NCBI GenBank assembly: GCA_965602015.1
Contig: OZ271918.1
Coordinates: forward strand, 416,001-480,000
Origin: Salinispira sp.
GTDB lineage: Bacteria > Spirochaetota > Spirochaetia > DSM-27196 > Salinispiraceae
Length of the DNA stretch: 64,000 nt
Reading direction: 5' to 3'
Under the pieces are notes generated by a model. The model searched no databases. It saw only the letters and a list, made by a program, of their open reading frames with translations, and was not told where the DNA came from. A program made the translations under genes and the position numbers. Positions 30,077 through 39,541 of this stretch are shown one piece after another; position 1 is the first letter of the stretch; each line of letters opens with the position of its first letter.

Positions 30077-31762
30077 TCAATACAGAGATTCAGCGGCTTT
30101 TTGACGCCGATACTGGAAAATTGTCACGACGAATATCAAGAGGAACAGAACCCAGGCGGTCGCCGAAGCGTATCCCTGGCTGAAGCGCTCGAAGCCGTTT
30201 TGGTACAGATAGAACACGACGGTAAGGGTCGCGTTATTGACGGTTTCGGGATTGCTGGTCGCGATATACACCTGCTCGAAAAGCTGAAGAGCCTGGATGG
30301 TGCTGGTGGCCACCACAAAAAAGGTGGTGGGAGCCAGGAGGGGCAGGGTTATTCGAAAAAAGCGGCTCACGGGACCCGCCCCGTCAATGGTGCTGGCTTC
30401 GTACAGGGTTTTCGGAATATTCTGAAGCCCCGCCAGGAAGAGCACGGTGTTGAAGCCCACGGTTTGCCACACGGCCATTATGGCGATGGCGAAAAGGGCG
30501 ATGGACGGGGTGCTGAGCCAATTGATGTTTTCGTAGACCAGATCCTGGGCGAGGAAAATATTGATGAAGTCCACGACCCGCGAGAGGCCGAAATTTATGA
30601 ATCCGACGATTCCGTGGTACAGCCATTTCCAAATCAGGGCGATTCCGACGATTGCCGCGATGGAGGGGATGAAGAAAATCACCCTGAACAGCTTCATGCC
30701 GGGTATATCGCTGTTAAGTATGCTTGATAATACCAGGGCCAGCGCGACGCTCATGGGAACCGCCATGAGGGCAAAGCGCACGGTATTTCCCAGGGAAATC
30801 CAAAAAAGCGGATCCCGGGCGCCGACGAGAATCCAGGTTCCAAAGAGGGAGAAACGGGTCAGCTCGGCGAAACGCAGACCGTCCATTACCGAAGTCAGCG
30901 GCTGGGTTGCGCCGGAAAGAACGGCGAGTCTCAACGATAATATTTCGAGATAGTTCCCCAGTCCGATGAACTCCGGGGGGTCGGGGCTCAAGGCATCCCA
31001 GGCGAAAAAACTCATTATAAAAGAGAGAACCAGAGGCCCGGCGAAAAAAATTATGAATCCAAGGACATTGGGGGTGAGAAAGAAAAAACCGGCGATGGCC
31101 TGGGATTGCTGATGAGTCGTGGAAAAGTGATCCTGAACCGTTTCGTTCATGAACAGCAGGGTGATAAGGCCCATGATTGCCGAGCCGAGAAAAAGCCCCA
31201 GAGTTGCCAGGTTGCCGAGGCTGAGAAGCACCGTCCAGAGGGCGGGGAATACCCCTATCTGAAGCATTAGTACCAGGGCAACAAGAAGCACTCCCGCAAG
31301 GGAGGTGAGGGATGCGACGCGAATGTGAGCGCTGGTAATTCCGCCGCTGCGGTATCGTTTTCGAATGGAGCCGACTATCCACTGCCGCAGAACGATGAGA
31401 ACTACGAGGAAAATCGTGGTGAAAAATCCGTTTGCGAAGTTTGCCGCAATTCGGTCGAGCATGAGAAAAAAGCCCATTCTGTGGATTGCCGGCAAAATCA
31501 GACCCAAAAAGCCGACATAGTGAACCCCGAGAGCCCAAAAGCGCCCGTGGGGATGTCCGCCGTAAAGCCGCAGTGACATGACAACGGCGGCAACGGCGTA
31601 CAGCGCCAGTACTGCGGGCAAAATAACTGCCAGGGGTCCCGTTACTCCGGGATTTATGATGAATAACGCGGTTCCGGTGATTGCCGCCAGCGCGAGAACT
31701 ATACCCCAGAGACTAACCAGTCGAAGAAGGGTCTGGACATTACGTCCGATAAACTGCTTCAT
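30077..31762 (-). CDS. Carbohydrate ABC permease (MalF type) with an extended N-terminal membrane region
   Basis: FLAGLQNIP..LYEASTIDGA, ITLPLLAPT; extra N-terminal TM helices; start after GGAGGA RBS. Confidence 0.88.
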   Translation of the reverse strand: MKQFIGRNVQTLLRLVSLWGIVLALAAITGTALFIINPGVTGPLAVILPAVLALYAVAAVVMSLRLYGGHPHGRFWALGVHYVGFLGLILPAIHRMGFFLMLDRIAANFANGFFTTIFLVVLIVLRQWIVGSIRKRYRSGGITSAHIRVASLTSLAGVLLVALVLMLQIGVFPALWTVLLSLGNLATLGLFLGSAIMGLITLLFMNETVQDHFSTTHQQSQAIAGFFFLTPNVLGFIIFFAGPLVLSFIMSFFAWDALSPDPPEFIGLGNYLEILSLRLAVLSGATQPLTSVMDGLRFAELTRFSLFGTWILVGARDPLFWISLGNTVRFALMAVPMSVALALVLSSILNSDIPGMKLFRVIFFIPSIAAIVGIALIWKWLYHGIVGFINFGLSRVVDFINIFLAQDLVYENINWLSTPSIALFAIAIMAVWQTVGFNTVLFLAGLQNIPKTLYEASTIDGAGPVSRFFRITLPLLAPTTFFVVATSTIQALQLFEQVYIATSNPETVNNATLTVVFYLYQNGFERFSQGYASATAWVLFLLIFVVTIFQYRRQKAAESLY

Positions 31763-31800
31763 GTTCCGTCCTCCGAGATCATCGTGAGATCTCGCGATTG

Positions 31801-31837
31801 AAAAAAACGGGAACCGGAATGACTTCCGGTTCCCGTT
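31801..31837 (-). terminator. Intrinsic terminator-like hairpin between the SBP and permease genes
   Basis: AACGGGAACCGGAA-TGAC-TTCCGGTTCCCGTT perfect 14-bp stem running into a T tract on the minus strand. Confidence 0.75.
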
Positions 31838-31883
31838 CACAGGGCCTGAGGCGAATTATCCTCAGACTGAAATGGGGGTAGGA

Positions 31884-33182
31884 TCAGTCAAAGGTCCTGT
31901 CGAGTTCTGCCTGAATGCTGTTGGCGAACTCATCGAGGCTGATGCCGCCGGTGAGAACTGCGGCCATGCGGGCTCCGAGAACCGCGTCGAACTCGGGCCA
32001 GTTGCCTTCCCACAGGGGTCCCTCTGCCACGGGATTATCAGCCAGACCGTTCAGGAATGCCTGATTGTTTGCCGGGGGAGAGAATGTGAGGAAGGAATCC
32101 AGGGCTTCCTGGCTAACCCGGCTGGGAATATTTGCGCCCAGAGCCGCGATTTTTGCCTGGGTTTCTGCGGAGGTAAGGGCCTGGAGAAGCTGGAAAGCGG
32201 CTTCGGGATGCTCGGTGTCCTGGTTTACCACATAGGCGCCCCAGAACAGCCAGTTGCGAGCCGAACCCGAGGGTCCCGCAGGCAGTTCAACCACGTCCCA
32301 TTCGAAATTCACGCCGCTGCGCATTCCGGGGGTCGCCCATCGCCCGTTCTGGAACATGCCGACCCGGCCGGCCCGGAAGGGAGGTTCGGAGTCTTCGCCC
32401 CAGGGAACGGCGTATCCGCCTTCGTAGAATTCGCGCTGGAAGGCCAGACCTTCCAGAGAGGCTGCGGTGTGCATATTGGAAGCGCTGCGGTCAGCGGTAA
32501 AGAAGCCGCCGCCTGCTGCATGGGACCATACGCCAGCGGGTCCCCACCAGGCATTCTGGCCGTAACCAAACACGTCATCGCCGAGGGCGTCGACGGCCTG
32601 CATAACTTCGAAAAATGCTTCCCAGGTCCACTGTCCGCGGCGCGCAAGTTCCCGGGGATCCGGTGCGCCGGCTTCCGCGATGAGGTCCAGGTTCAGATAG
32701 AGGGCGAAGGTGGAAACGTCCCGGGGAAGTCCCCACAGGGTTTCACCGCTGTTGCCAGTTTCGGGATTGTAGGTGAGATGGAACATGGGTCCGGGATAAA
32801 AATCGCCGTCGTTGTGATTGCCGGCATCGGCGAAACCGCGCATATCGAGCAGCAAATCGCGCTTCACGAAATCCGCAACATCGGTGCCGGGAATCCAGAA
32901 CAGATCGGGGGCGCTGCCGCCGGCCAGTTCGGTTTTGAGAACATCCTGATAGCTCGACGATTCGCTGCCGCCGGGCTCGTAGATGAGGGTAATGCCGTCC
33001 AGCTGGGCGCTGATTTCATCGGAAATCTGCTGATACACGGCGATTTCCTCTTGATTGTCGGGTCGGGTGCGCCAGCGCAGAACTACTTCTTCGCTATCTT
33101 CAACGGCGGCTTCTCCGCCGCCGGCGGCAAAGGCGCTCACGCTCAGGACTGCCATCAACAGCAGCACCATCAACTTCTTCAT
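31884..33182 (-). CDS. Carbohydrate ABC substrate-binding protein
   Basis: Signal peptide (SAFA-AGGGE), APDLFWI, WGLPRD, LYLNLDL, WDVVELP; GGAGG RBS. Confidence 0.9.
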   Translation of the reverse strand: MKKLMVLLLMAVLSVSAFAAGGGEAAVEDSEEVVLRWRTRPDNQEEIAVYQQISDEISAQLDGITLIYEPGGSESSSYQDVLKTELAGGSAPDLFWIPGTDVADFVKRDLLLDMRGFADAGNHNDGDFYPGPMFHLTYNPETGNSGETLWGLPRDVSTFALYLNLDLIAEAGAPDPRELARRGQWTWEAFFEVMQAVDALGDDVFGYGQNAWWGPAGVWSHAAGGGFFTADRSASNMHTAASLEGLAFQREFYEGGYAVPWGEDSEPPFRAGRVGMFQNGRWATPGMRSGVNFEWDVVELPAGPSGSARNWLFWGAYVVNQDTEHPEAAFQLLQALTSAETQAKIAALGANIPSRVSQEALDSFLTFSPPANNQAFLNGLADNPVAEGPLWEGNWPEFDAVLGARMAAVLTGGISLDEFANSIQAELDRTFD

Positions 33183-33364
33183 AACAACCTCCTGTATTAG
33201 TTGTCTATGATGACAGTCTAACTCAGCATATCATGCGGTCAATCGGAAGATTTTCGTGCGAATTTCAAAATATGAAGGTATACTCAAAAGTAATATCAGC
33301 GGCACAGCAAGAGATTGGAGAAATTTCTGATAGAAGTTATAAGAAATTCCGGTTGTTTCACGAT

Positions 33365-34219
33365 ATGAAGCAGGAAAAAAATCCGTCGGCACTTAACTAC
33401 GCATTCTCTCTTTTAAGCGAATTCGAAAAACAGCTGCCGTATTATCTGGTGGGGACCGGCTACCGCTACGAACAGGAGGCGGTGGCAAGGCCTTTCGGCT
33501 ACCCCTACTATCAGTGGATCCAGACTGTTGAGGGCTGCGGACTGGCGACGATAAACGGCAAAGAGGGCAGGGTGGGCCATAACCAGGCCATGTTTCTCTT
33601 CCCCGGCGATGCCCACGATTACCGCTGTTCGCCGGATTCCGACCTGCCCTGGAAGGTTCACTGGTTCACCTTCGGCGGGTATCATCTCGAACAGCTTTTG
33701 CACACCCTCAAAGTGCACGAGTCGGGCATTTATACCATCAGCAACGGGGAGATCCTGGATTCCCGGGTCGAACAGGCTCTGCTGACCCTCCAGGCCCATC
33801 GCAGCTCCAAGGGGCTCGACTGTTCGGTACTGGTATATTCCGTTTTGATGGAAATATACCGGCACGCCCACTCCCAGGAAGACCAGAGCATTCATCATAA
33901 ACATGAACGCCTGGAACCGGTTTTTGATTTGATAGCATCGTCCTACCAAAAACCCCTGAGCATCGACGACCTGGCCGAAACCGTGGATTTGACGCCCCAG
34001 CATTTCTGTTCGGTGTTTAAAAAAACCATGAACTGCCGACCGATAGAATATCTCAACCTGTTCAGAATCAGCAAAAGCAAGGAGCTGCTGTTGACTCACC
34101 GGGATATGAAGATCGCAGAAATCGCCCCGAAGGTCGGGTACGTCAACATCCCCTACTTCACGACCCTGTTCAGAAAACTCGAGGGTGTCACCCCCAGCGA
34201 GTTTCGCCGGGGAGTGTAG
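33365..34219 (+). CDS. AraC family transcriptional regulator
   Basis: N-terminal cupin-like sugar-binding domain; C-terminal double HTH (LSIDDLA...IAEIA.KVGY....YF...FRK.EGVTPSEFR); divergent from the sugar ABC operon. Confidence 0.93.
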   Translation: MKQEKNPSALNYAFSLLSEFEKQLPYYLVGTGYRYEQEAVARPFGYPYYQWIQTVEGCGLATINGKEGRVGHNQAMFLFPGDAHDYRCSPDSDLPWKVHWFTFGGYHLEQLLHTLKVHESGIYTISNGEILDSRVEQALLTLQAHRSSKGLDCSVLVYSVLMEIYRHAHSQEDQSIHHKHERLEPVFDLIASSYQKPLSIDDLAETVDLTPQHFCSVFKKTMNCRPIEYLNLFRISKSKELLLTHRDMKIAEIAPKVGYVNIPYFTTLFRKLEGVTPSEFRRGV

Positions 34220-34232
34220 CACATGGGAATCG

Positions 34233-34277
34233 TTGACAGCGCCTCTGCCCTGTAATATATTTCGGACATCGAAATAT
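34233..34277 (+). promoter_or_regulatory. marR promoter with palindromic operator
   Basis: TTGACA (34233-34238), 17-bp spacer, TATATT (34256-34261); ATATTTCG-N5-CGAAATAT at 34257-34277 overlaps the -10. Confidence 0.8.
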
Positions 34278-34297
34278 TTCGGAGCCTGACTGTGAGC

Positions 34298-34723
34298 ATG
34301 GAAGAAAACGTCAAGCGACTGACACAATATCTGCTTGGCATGTACGAATCCCATAAAAGCTGGACCCGCGAGGCCTGCAGCCATTCTCCCATCGCCGAAC
34401 TGGGCAACAATGGGCTGCAGGTCATGCAGGTTCTCGAGTGCGGAGACCGCCTCAATATGCGTTCCCTCTCCGACCGTACCGGTTTACCATTGAGCACACT
34501 CACCGGAATTATCGACAAGCTGGTTGAAAAGGGCCTGCTCGAGAGGGTCCGGTCCCAGCGCGACCGCCGGGTTGTTGAAGTCATCATAAGCACCGGCGGG
34601 CGCAAAGCCTATTCCTACCGCACCGACGCCTATTACTCCCAGAGCAGACAGCTCCTATCCAAATTGACTCCCGGCGAGCAGCAGCAGCTCATTAAGCTCC
34701 TGGCGAAAATGATGTCAAAATAA
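34298..34723 (+). CDS. MarR family transcriptional regulator
   Basis: STLTGIIDKLVEKGLLERVRSQRDRRVV...S..G winged-helix motif. Confidence 0.92.
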   Translation: MEENVKRLTQYLLGMYESHKSWTREACSHSPIAELGNNGLQVMQVLECGDRLNMRSLSDRTGLPLSTLTGIIDKLVEKGLLERVRSQRDRRVVEVIISTGGRKAYSYRTDAYYSQSRQLLSKLTPGEQQQLIKLLAKMMSK

Positions 34724-34724
34724 A

Positions 34725-34772
34725 TTGCCTATTTCCTTCGTTCTACATATATTTCGAATCACGAAATATATG
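34725..34772 (+). promoter_or_regulatory. lon promoter with a second copy of the same operator
   Basis: TTGCCT (34725-34730), 17-bp spacer, TATATT (34748-34753); perfect CATATATTTCG-N5-CGAAATATATG at 34746-34772. Confidence 0.8.
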
Positions 34773-34809
34773 ACCTTCGAAATAAAGAGGGCCGAGTGGA
34801 GGAACCGCT

Positions 34810-37173
34810 ATGCAGAACGACAGAAGCAGCTACCTTGTAATCGAAATCGATGACACCGTCATCTTTCCCCGCTCGACGACGAGAGTGAAGCTCGACGCCG
34901 AAACCGGAAGGCAAATAGAACAGGGCACCCGGGAGGGTGAGCGCATTGCCGTCGCCCTGACCAAAATACCCGGACACTCCGGTGGAGAAAGATTATACCG
35001 GGTGGGCACCCTCATTGTAATCGATGATCTGCGGCGCAGCGATGCCGGCTATGTCGCCCGCATCAGGTCGGACAAAAAAGTGCGCGTCGGAGAGCTGGCC
35101 TCAGAGGGCGGGGCTCTGTACGCTTCTGTGGAGATCATTCCCGACATCGACGATCTCGATCAAAAAAGCCGGGAGGAAATGCTCTCCTATATCCGGGAAA
35201 CCGTGCGCGACATCGGTTCCAACTTCGAAGGCGCGCGGCCGATGATCCGACAGCTTCTGGAGCTCGGCTCCATTGATGCGATAATTGCCAACGCCATGCC
35301 GTTTATTTCCATTCCTGTTTCGGAAAAGCAGGAGGTTCTGGAACTCGACAGCATTAGAGAGCGCAGCCTGCGTTTTATCGACATTCTCCTCAAGCAGAAG
35401 GACTCAATCTCCATGCGGGTCGAGATGGCCCGGCGTTTCTCAGAGCGCAACAACAAGACCTATCGCGAAGCCATGCTCAGGGAGCAGATGAAGGCTATTC
35501 AGGAAGAGCTTGGGGAAATCTCCGGTGAGAAAAGCAAGGAAGCCGATTATCGGGAAAGAATAGATCAGAGCGACATGCCCGATGATGTCAGGGCCGTGGC
35601 AAAGGAAGAGGCCGACAAACTGGAGGCCATGGGAAAGAGCAATCCCGAGAGTTCCACGGTTCGAAATTATCTTGACCTCCTTCTGGCGCTTCCCTGGAAA
35701 ACAAAGCTCGCCAAAGAAATCGACATCGAGAAGGCCCGGCAGATACTGGAATCAAATCATTACGGTCTCGACGAGGTGAAGGACCGTATTATCCAGCACC
35801 TTGCGGTTATGAAATTGAAGCGGGAAAAGCAGGGCTCTATTCTGCTCCTGGTCGGCCCTCCGGGCACCGGCAAGACCAGCCTGGGCCGCAGCATCGCCGA
35901 GTCCCTGGGGCGGAAATACGTGCGCATGAGTCTCGGCGGAGTTCGCGACGAAGCTGAAATTCGCGGCCACCGCCGGACCTATGTGGGAGCCCTCCCCGGA
36001 CGCATTATCCAGGGGATGAAAAAAGCCGGTGAAATGAATCCGGTCTTCGTCCTGGACGAGGTGGACAAAATATCGGCGTCCTATGCCGGTGACCCGGCGA
36101 GCGCCCTTCTGGAGGTGCTGGATCCCGAGCAAAACGGAACCTTCGCCGATCACTACCTTGAGGTACCCTACGACCTGTCCGATGTGCTCTTTATCGCCAC
36201 TGCGAACTCGCTTCAGGGCATCCCCGGGCCGCTCATCGACCGGGCCGAGGTGATCAATGTCTCGGGCTACACCAACCCGGAGAAAACCCGCATCGGCATG
36301 AAGCACCTGTTTCCCAAGGTGCTCGAAGAGCACGGTCTGGATGAATCCCGGCTGCAAATTGATGAAGACGCCATGCGGTTGGTGATCGAGCGGTACACCA
36401 GGGAAGCCGGCGTCCGGGGACTTACCCGGCTGTTGGCAAAGCTGGTCAGAGTCAGTTCGACGGAGATCGTCGCAAACCAGTCTTCCGAGCCCACCGTCAT
36501 CAACTCAGACCGCATCGAAGATTTGCTCGGACGGCCGAAGGTGCGGCTTGACGACATTCAAAAGGAGAGCGTGCCCGGGGTGGTGACCGGACTGGCCTGG
36601 ACGCCGGTGGGCGGTGACATTCTGTTCATCGAAGGTTCCCTCATGCCCGGCAAAGGCGGTCTGACCCTCACCGGGCAGTTGGGCGATGTGATGAAGGAGT
36701 CGGCTACCATCAGCATGAGCCTGGTGCGCTCCCGGCTTGCCGGATCGATAAGTCACTTCGACTACTCGCGGTCGGATATCCATATTCACGTCCCCGCGGG
36801 CTCGACCCCCAAGGACGGCCCCTCAGCGGGGGTGACCATGTTCACCGCCCTGGCAAGTCTGCTCTTGGGCAGGCCGGTTGACCGAAGCACCGCGATGACC
36901 GGCGAAATCACCCTTCGGGGATCGGTGTTGCCCGTCGGGGGCATCAAGGAAAAGGTCATAGCCGCCCATCGCGCGGGGGTTACGAAGGTGCTCCTGCCAC
37001 AGGAGAACAGAAAAGATCTGGAGGATGTGCCCGAAGAGGTCCGCGCCGATCTGAAATTCATCTTCGTCGAGACCGTTGAAGAAATCCTCAAGGAAACACT
37101 GGACGTCGACTTGCCGGCCAAGGAATGGATCGCCCTTTCCCTGGAAGGCGCCGGCGCCGTTGCCCGAAATTAA
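34810..37173 (+). CDS. lon: ATP-dependent Lon protease (LonA type)
   Basis: N-domain, GPPGTGKTS, LDEVDK, IRGHRRTY, catalytic PKDGPSAG (Ser) and GGIKEK (Lys). Confidence 0.96.
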   Translation: MQNDRSSYLVIEIDDTVIFPRSTTRVKLDAETGRQIEQGTREGERIAVALTKIPGHSGGERLYRVGTLIVIDDLRRSDAGYVARIRSDKKVRVGELASEGGALYASVEIIPDIDDLDQKSREEMLSYIRETVRDIGSNFEGARPMIRQLLELGSIDAIIANAMPFISIPVSEKQEVLELDSIRERSLRFIDILLKQKDSISMRVEMARRFSERNNKTYREAMLREQMKAIQEELGEISGEKSKEADYRERIDQSDMPDDVRAVAKEEADKLEAMGKSNPESSTVRNYLDLLLALPWKTKLAKEIDIEKARQILESNHYGLDEVKDRIIQHLAVMKLKREKQGSILLLVGPPGTGKTSLGRSIAESLGRKYVRMSLGGVRDEAEIRGHRRTYVGALPGRIIQGMKKAGEMNPVFVLDEVDKISASYAGDPASALLEVLDPEQNGTFADHYLEVPYDLSDVLFIATANSLQGIPGPLIDRAEVINVSGYTNPEKTRIGMKHLFPKVLEEHGLDESRLQIDEDAMRLVIERYTREAGVRGLTRLLAKLVRVSSTEIVANQSSEPTVINSDRIEDLLGRPKVRLDDIQKESVPGVVTGLAWTPVGGDILFIEGSLMPGKGGLTLTGQLGDVMKESATISMSLVRSRLAGSISHFDYSRSDIHIHVPAGSTPKDGPSAGVTMFTALASLLLGRPVDRSTAMTGEITLRGSVLPVGGIKEKVIAAHRAGVTKVLLPQENRKDLEDVPEEVRADLKFIFVETVEEILKETLDVDLPAKEWIALSLEGAGAVARN

Positions 37174-37206
37174 TCCGTCGAATATACGCAGGGGAGGGAC
37201 CGCTAT

Positions 37207-38010
37207 TTAGGGGTTCCTTCCCTCGCTTTTCGCGAACCCGACAATTTTTTCCCATTGCCCGTCGCTTAGCTCGTCGTAAATATTTCCATGTTCCGTGGTG
37301 TTCAGTTTTATCAGATTGCCATCGGTAAAAATTCCCGAAAGTCTTTCTCCCAGCTCAAACGGCACCACCTGGTCCCCGTCGCCGTGTATAATCAGGGCGG
37401 GATGGATAAGATTCTCTGCTTTTGCATCGTTGTCGTATCGGTCGGTCAGCAAAATCCTCACCACCCAGCGGGGCATGGAACGGGCGCCGATATCTTCAAT
37501 GCTGGTAAAGGGGGTAAAAAGAATGAGACTGCGGCCATAGCCACGGGAGGCCATTTCGATTGCCGGACCGCTACCAAGAGAATGGCCGCTGAGAATGATC
37601 TGCCCGGACGTAAATCCCCGTTCCTCTATTATATATGACAGTAGTGCGTCGGCATCCCGGTATATGCCCTTTTCGGAAAGGCGGGAATCGGCGCTTATAC
37701 CGTAACCGGGATACTCCACCAGCAGGACAGAAAAACCCGCTTCCTGCCAGCGTCGCCCCGGGCCTTCCTGATTGTAGAATGTCCCTCCGTTGCCGTGGAA
37801 CAGCACCACCAGATCTTCACCGCCCGGCGCGAATAAACCGCGGGAGGTATTCCCGCCTGACGTTATTTCGATGAGTTCGCCGCCCTCAATATGGGGGATT
37901 CTCTGATCACTTCCCGGGTAGTACAGCATGGATCTGGTTATGCCGGCGCAGGAGCTAAGGGAAATCAATAGAACCAGGAAAACGCCGGCAAATATACGGG
38001 TATTCTTCAC
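37207..38010 (-). CDS. Alpha/beta hydrolase lipoprotein
   Basis: Lipobox LSSC; FHGNG, EYPGYG, nucleophile GHSLG, IHG..D..VP, C-terminal His. Confidence 0.9.
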   Translation of the reverse strand: MKNTRIFAGVFLVLLISLSSCAGITRSMLYYPGSDQRIPHIEGGELIEITSGGNTSRGLFAPGGEDLVVLFHGNGGTFYNQEGPGRRWQEAGFSVLLVEYPGYGISADSRLSEKGIYRDADALLSYIIEERGFTSGQIILSGHSLGSGPAIEMASRGYGRSLILFTPFTSIEDIGARSMPRWVVRILLTDRYDNDAKAENLIHPALIIHGDGDQVVPFELGERLSGIFTDGNLIKLNTTEHGNIYDELSDGQWEKIVGFAKSEGRNP

Positions 38011-38046
38011 TTGTCCTCCCCCATAACTTTTTCTATCATGTGACCT

Positions 38047-39354
38047 GTGGAACTACAAGCACTATTACGATTACAGAGCTGCAGTATACTCTCGAGCGAC
38101 ACCATGGCCGGGGCGGTGGCTGAAACGCTATCTTACGTCTACCCCCGCGAGGCGGAAGGCCGACGACAACGGGTCGTCGAACTGATTCTGGCCAGGGAAG
38201 CCGATGCATCGACGGTAATCGCCCCGGGCATCGCAATTCCCCATGCGATTCTCGATGAGGATGCAAAGACCGAATTGGCCGTGGCCGTATCCAAACCGGG
38301 GATCGATTGGCATTCATCGGGGGACGGCGAAAAGGTTCACGTGATGGTTCTGCTCATCGGAAGCCGGGCCGCCCATCTCGAGGCGCTTGCAATGGTAGTA
38401 TCCCTCCTCCGCAATCGCAAAAACTACGAACGGCTCCTCACCGCCGAATCACCGGCGGACATCCATGCTGTTTTTATACCCCCGGCTGTTGCGGACCCCG
38501 CGGCATACAGCGAGCGCATTATTGCCCACGCATGCAGAATCCGCGACGATTTTCCTCATTCAGTGACGGTTATACACAGCGACACCTTTACCGACCTGTC
38601 CGCGCTCAAGAGCATACCCGACGATCGGGACATTATTCTCACGGCAACCAGCGAGGAAGTGCTGGATAGCATTCCCTTCCACGGGAATATGGAAAAAGTG
38701 CTTGTTCCGGTCCCGGTGTATTACAACGAGAAACATGTAAAGTTCGCGTTGGTGTACCTGCATTCCCACGGGTTCCTTGACGGATATGAACGGGTGGTAT
38801 GCATCAGCGGCGGGCAGGATATGAACCGCATCGATTCAATTCGCATTTTCGATGTCGAGGGGGATATCGGCATTCATGCGGGCCTGCGGGATTTGGAACT
38901 GCCGTCGGATATTCAGCGCCCGGTATTTGCCAAAGTGCTGCAGCTTGCCGAGAGCCTGGCCTTGGAAGGCCGGGAAGGTAAGCCCGTCGGCGCAATTTTT
39001 GTGGTGGGCGATCACCAGCAGGTCGCCGGGAAATCCCGCCAACTGATAATAAATCCCTTCAAAGGCTATCTACCCCAGCAGCGAAGCATACTCGACCCGG
39101 TACTCGATGAAACCATCAAGGAGTTCGCCAAAATCGACGGCGCGTTTCTCATAACCGGTGATGGGGTCATCGAATCCGCGGGAACCTTCATTGCCGGCCA
39201 GCCTGAAAGCGCTTCCCACCGGCCGGGCCTGGGGTCCCGCCATGCCGCCGCCCTGGGAATTACCGCCGTCACTTCAGCGGTGGCCGTGGTGATTTCCGAA
39301 TCCACCCGCAAGATCAGCGTCTTTCAGGGCGGAAAGCACTTCGAGCTGGACTAA
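38047..39354 (+). CDS. PTS EIIA-domain / diadenylate cyclase (DisA_N, DacZ-like) fusion
   Basis: N-terminal EIIA(Fru/Ntr)-type motif ARE...STVI..GIAIPHA; C-terminal DAC domain EGREGKPVGA, KEFAKIDGAF (DGA) and GLGSRH.AA. Confidence 0.85.
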   Translation: MELQALLRLQSCSILSSDTMAGAVAETLSYVYPREAEGRRQRVVELILAREADASTVIAPGIAIPHAILDEDAKTELAVAVSKPGIDWHSSGDGEKVHVMVLLIGSRAAHLEALAMVVSLLRNRKNYERLLTAESPADIHAVFIPPAVADPAAYSERIIAHACRIRDDFPHSVTVIHSDTFTDLSALKSIPDDRDIILTATSEEVLDSIPFHGNMEKVLVPVPVYYNEKHVKFALVYLHSHGFLDGYERVVCISGGQDMNRIDSIRIFDVEGDIGIHAGLRDLELPSDIQRPVFAKVLQLAESLALEGREGKPVGAIFVVGDHQQVAGKSRQLIINPFKGYLPQQRSILDPVLDETIKEFAKIDGAFLITGDGVIESAGTFIAGQPESASHRPGLGSRHAAALGITAVTSAVAVVISESTRKISVFQGGKHFELD

Positions 39355-39541
39355 ACTTCGAATGGTACTCGGTTTATAGGGTTGATAGAAGTTTTTTTTG
39401 CCCTGCCGGCATTGAATCTCGACAATACTTCCGGCCATGTGATATGTTTGTATGATACCAATTTTTCGGGCTAATAGAGAAAATAAACAAAGGCCGAAAA
39501 GTGTTGAATGCAAGAAAGCCGTACCAAAACCGGAGGTAATC

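Noticed and set aside
31872..33200. 442-aa plus-strand ORF and other long antisense ORFs (e.g. 5500-6429, 33413-34384, 52803-53597)
   Set aside because: They lie opposite well-supported genes, show no recognisable motifs, and are expected shadow ORFs in GC-rich coding DNA.
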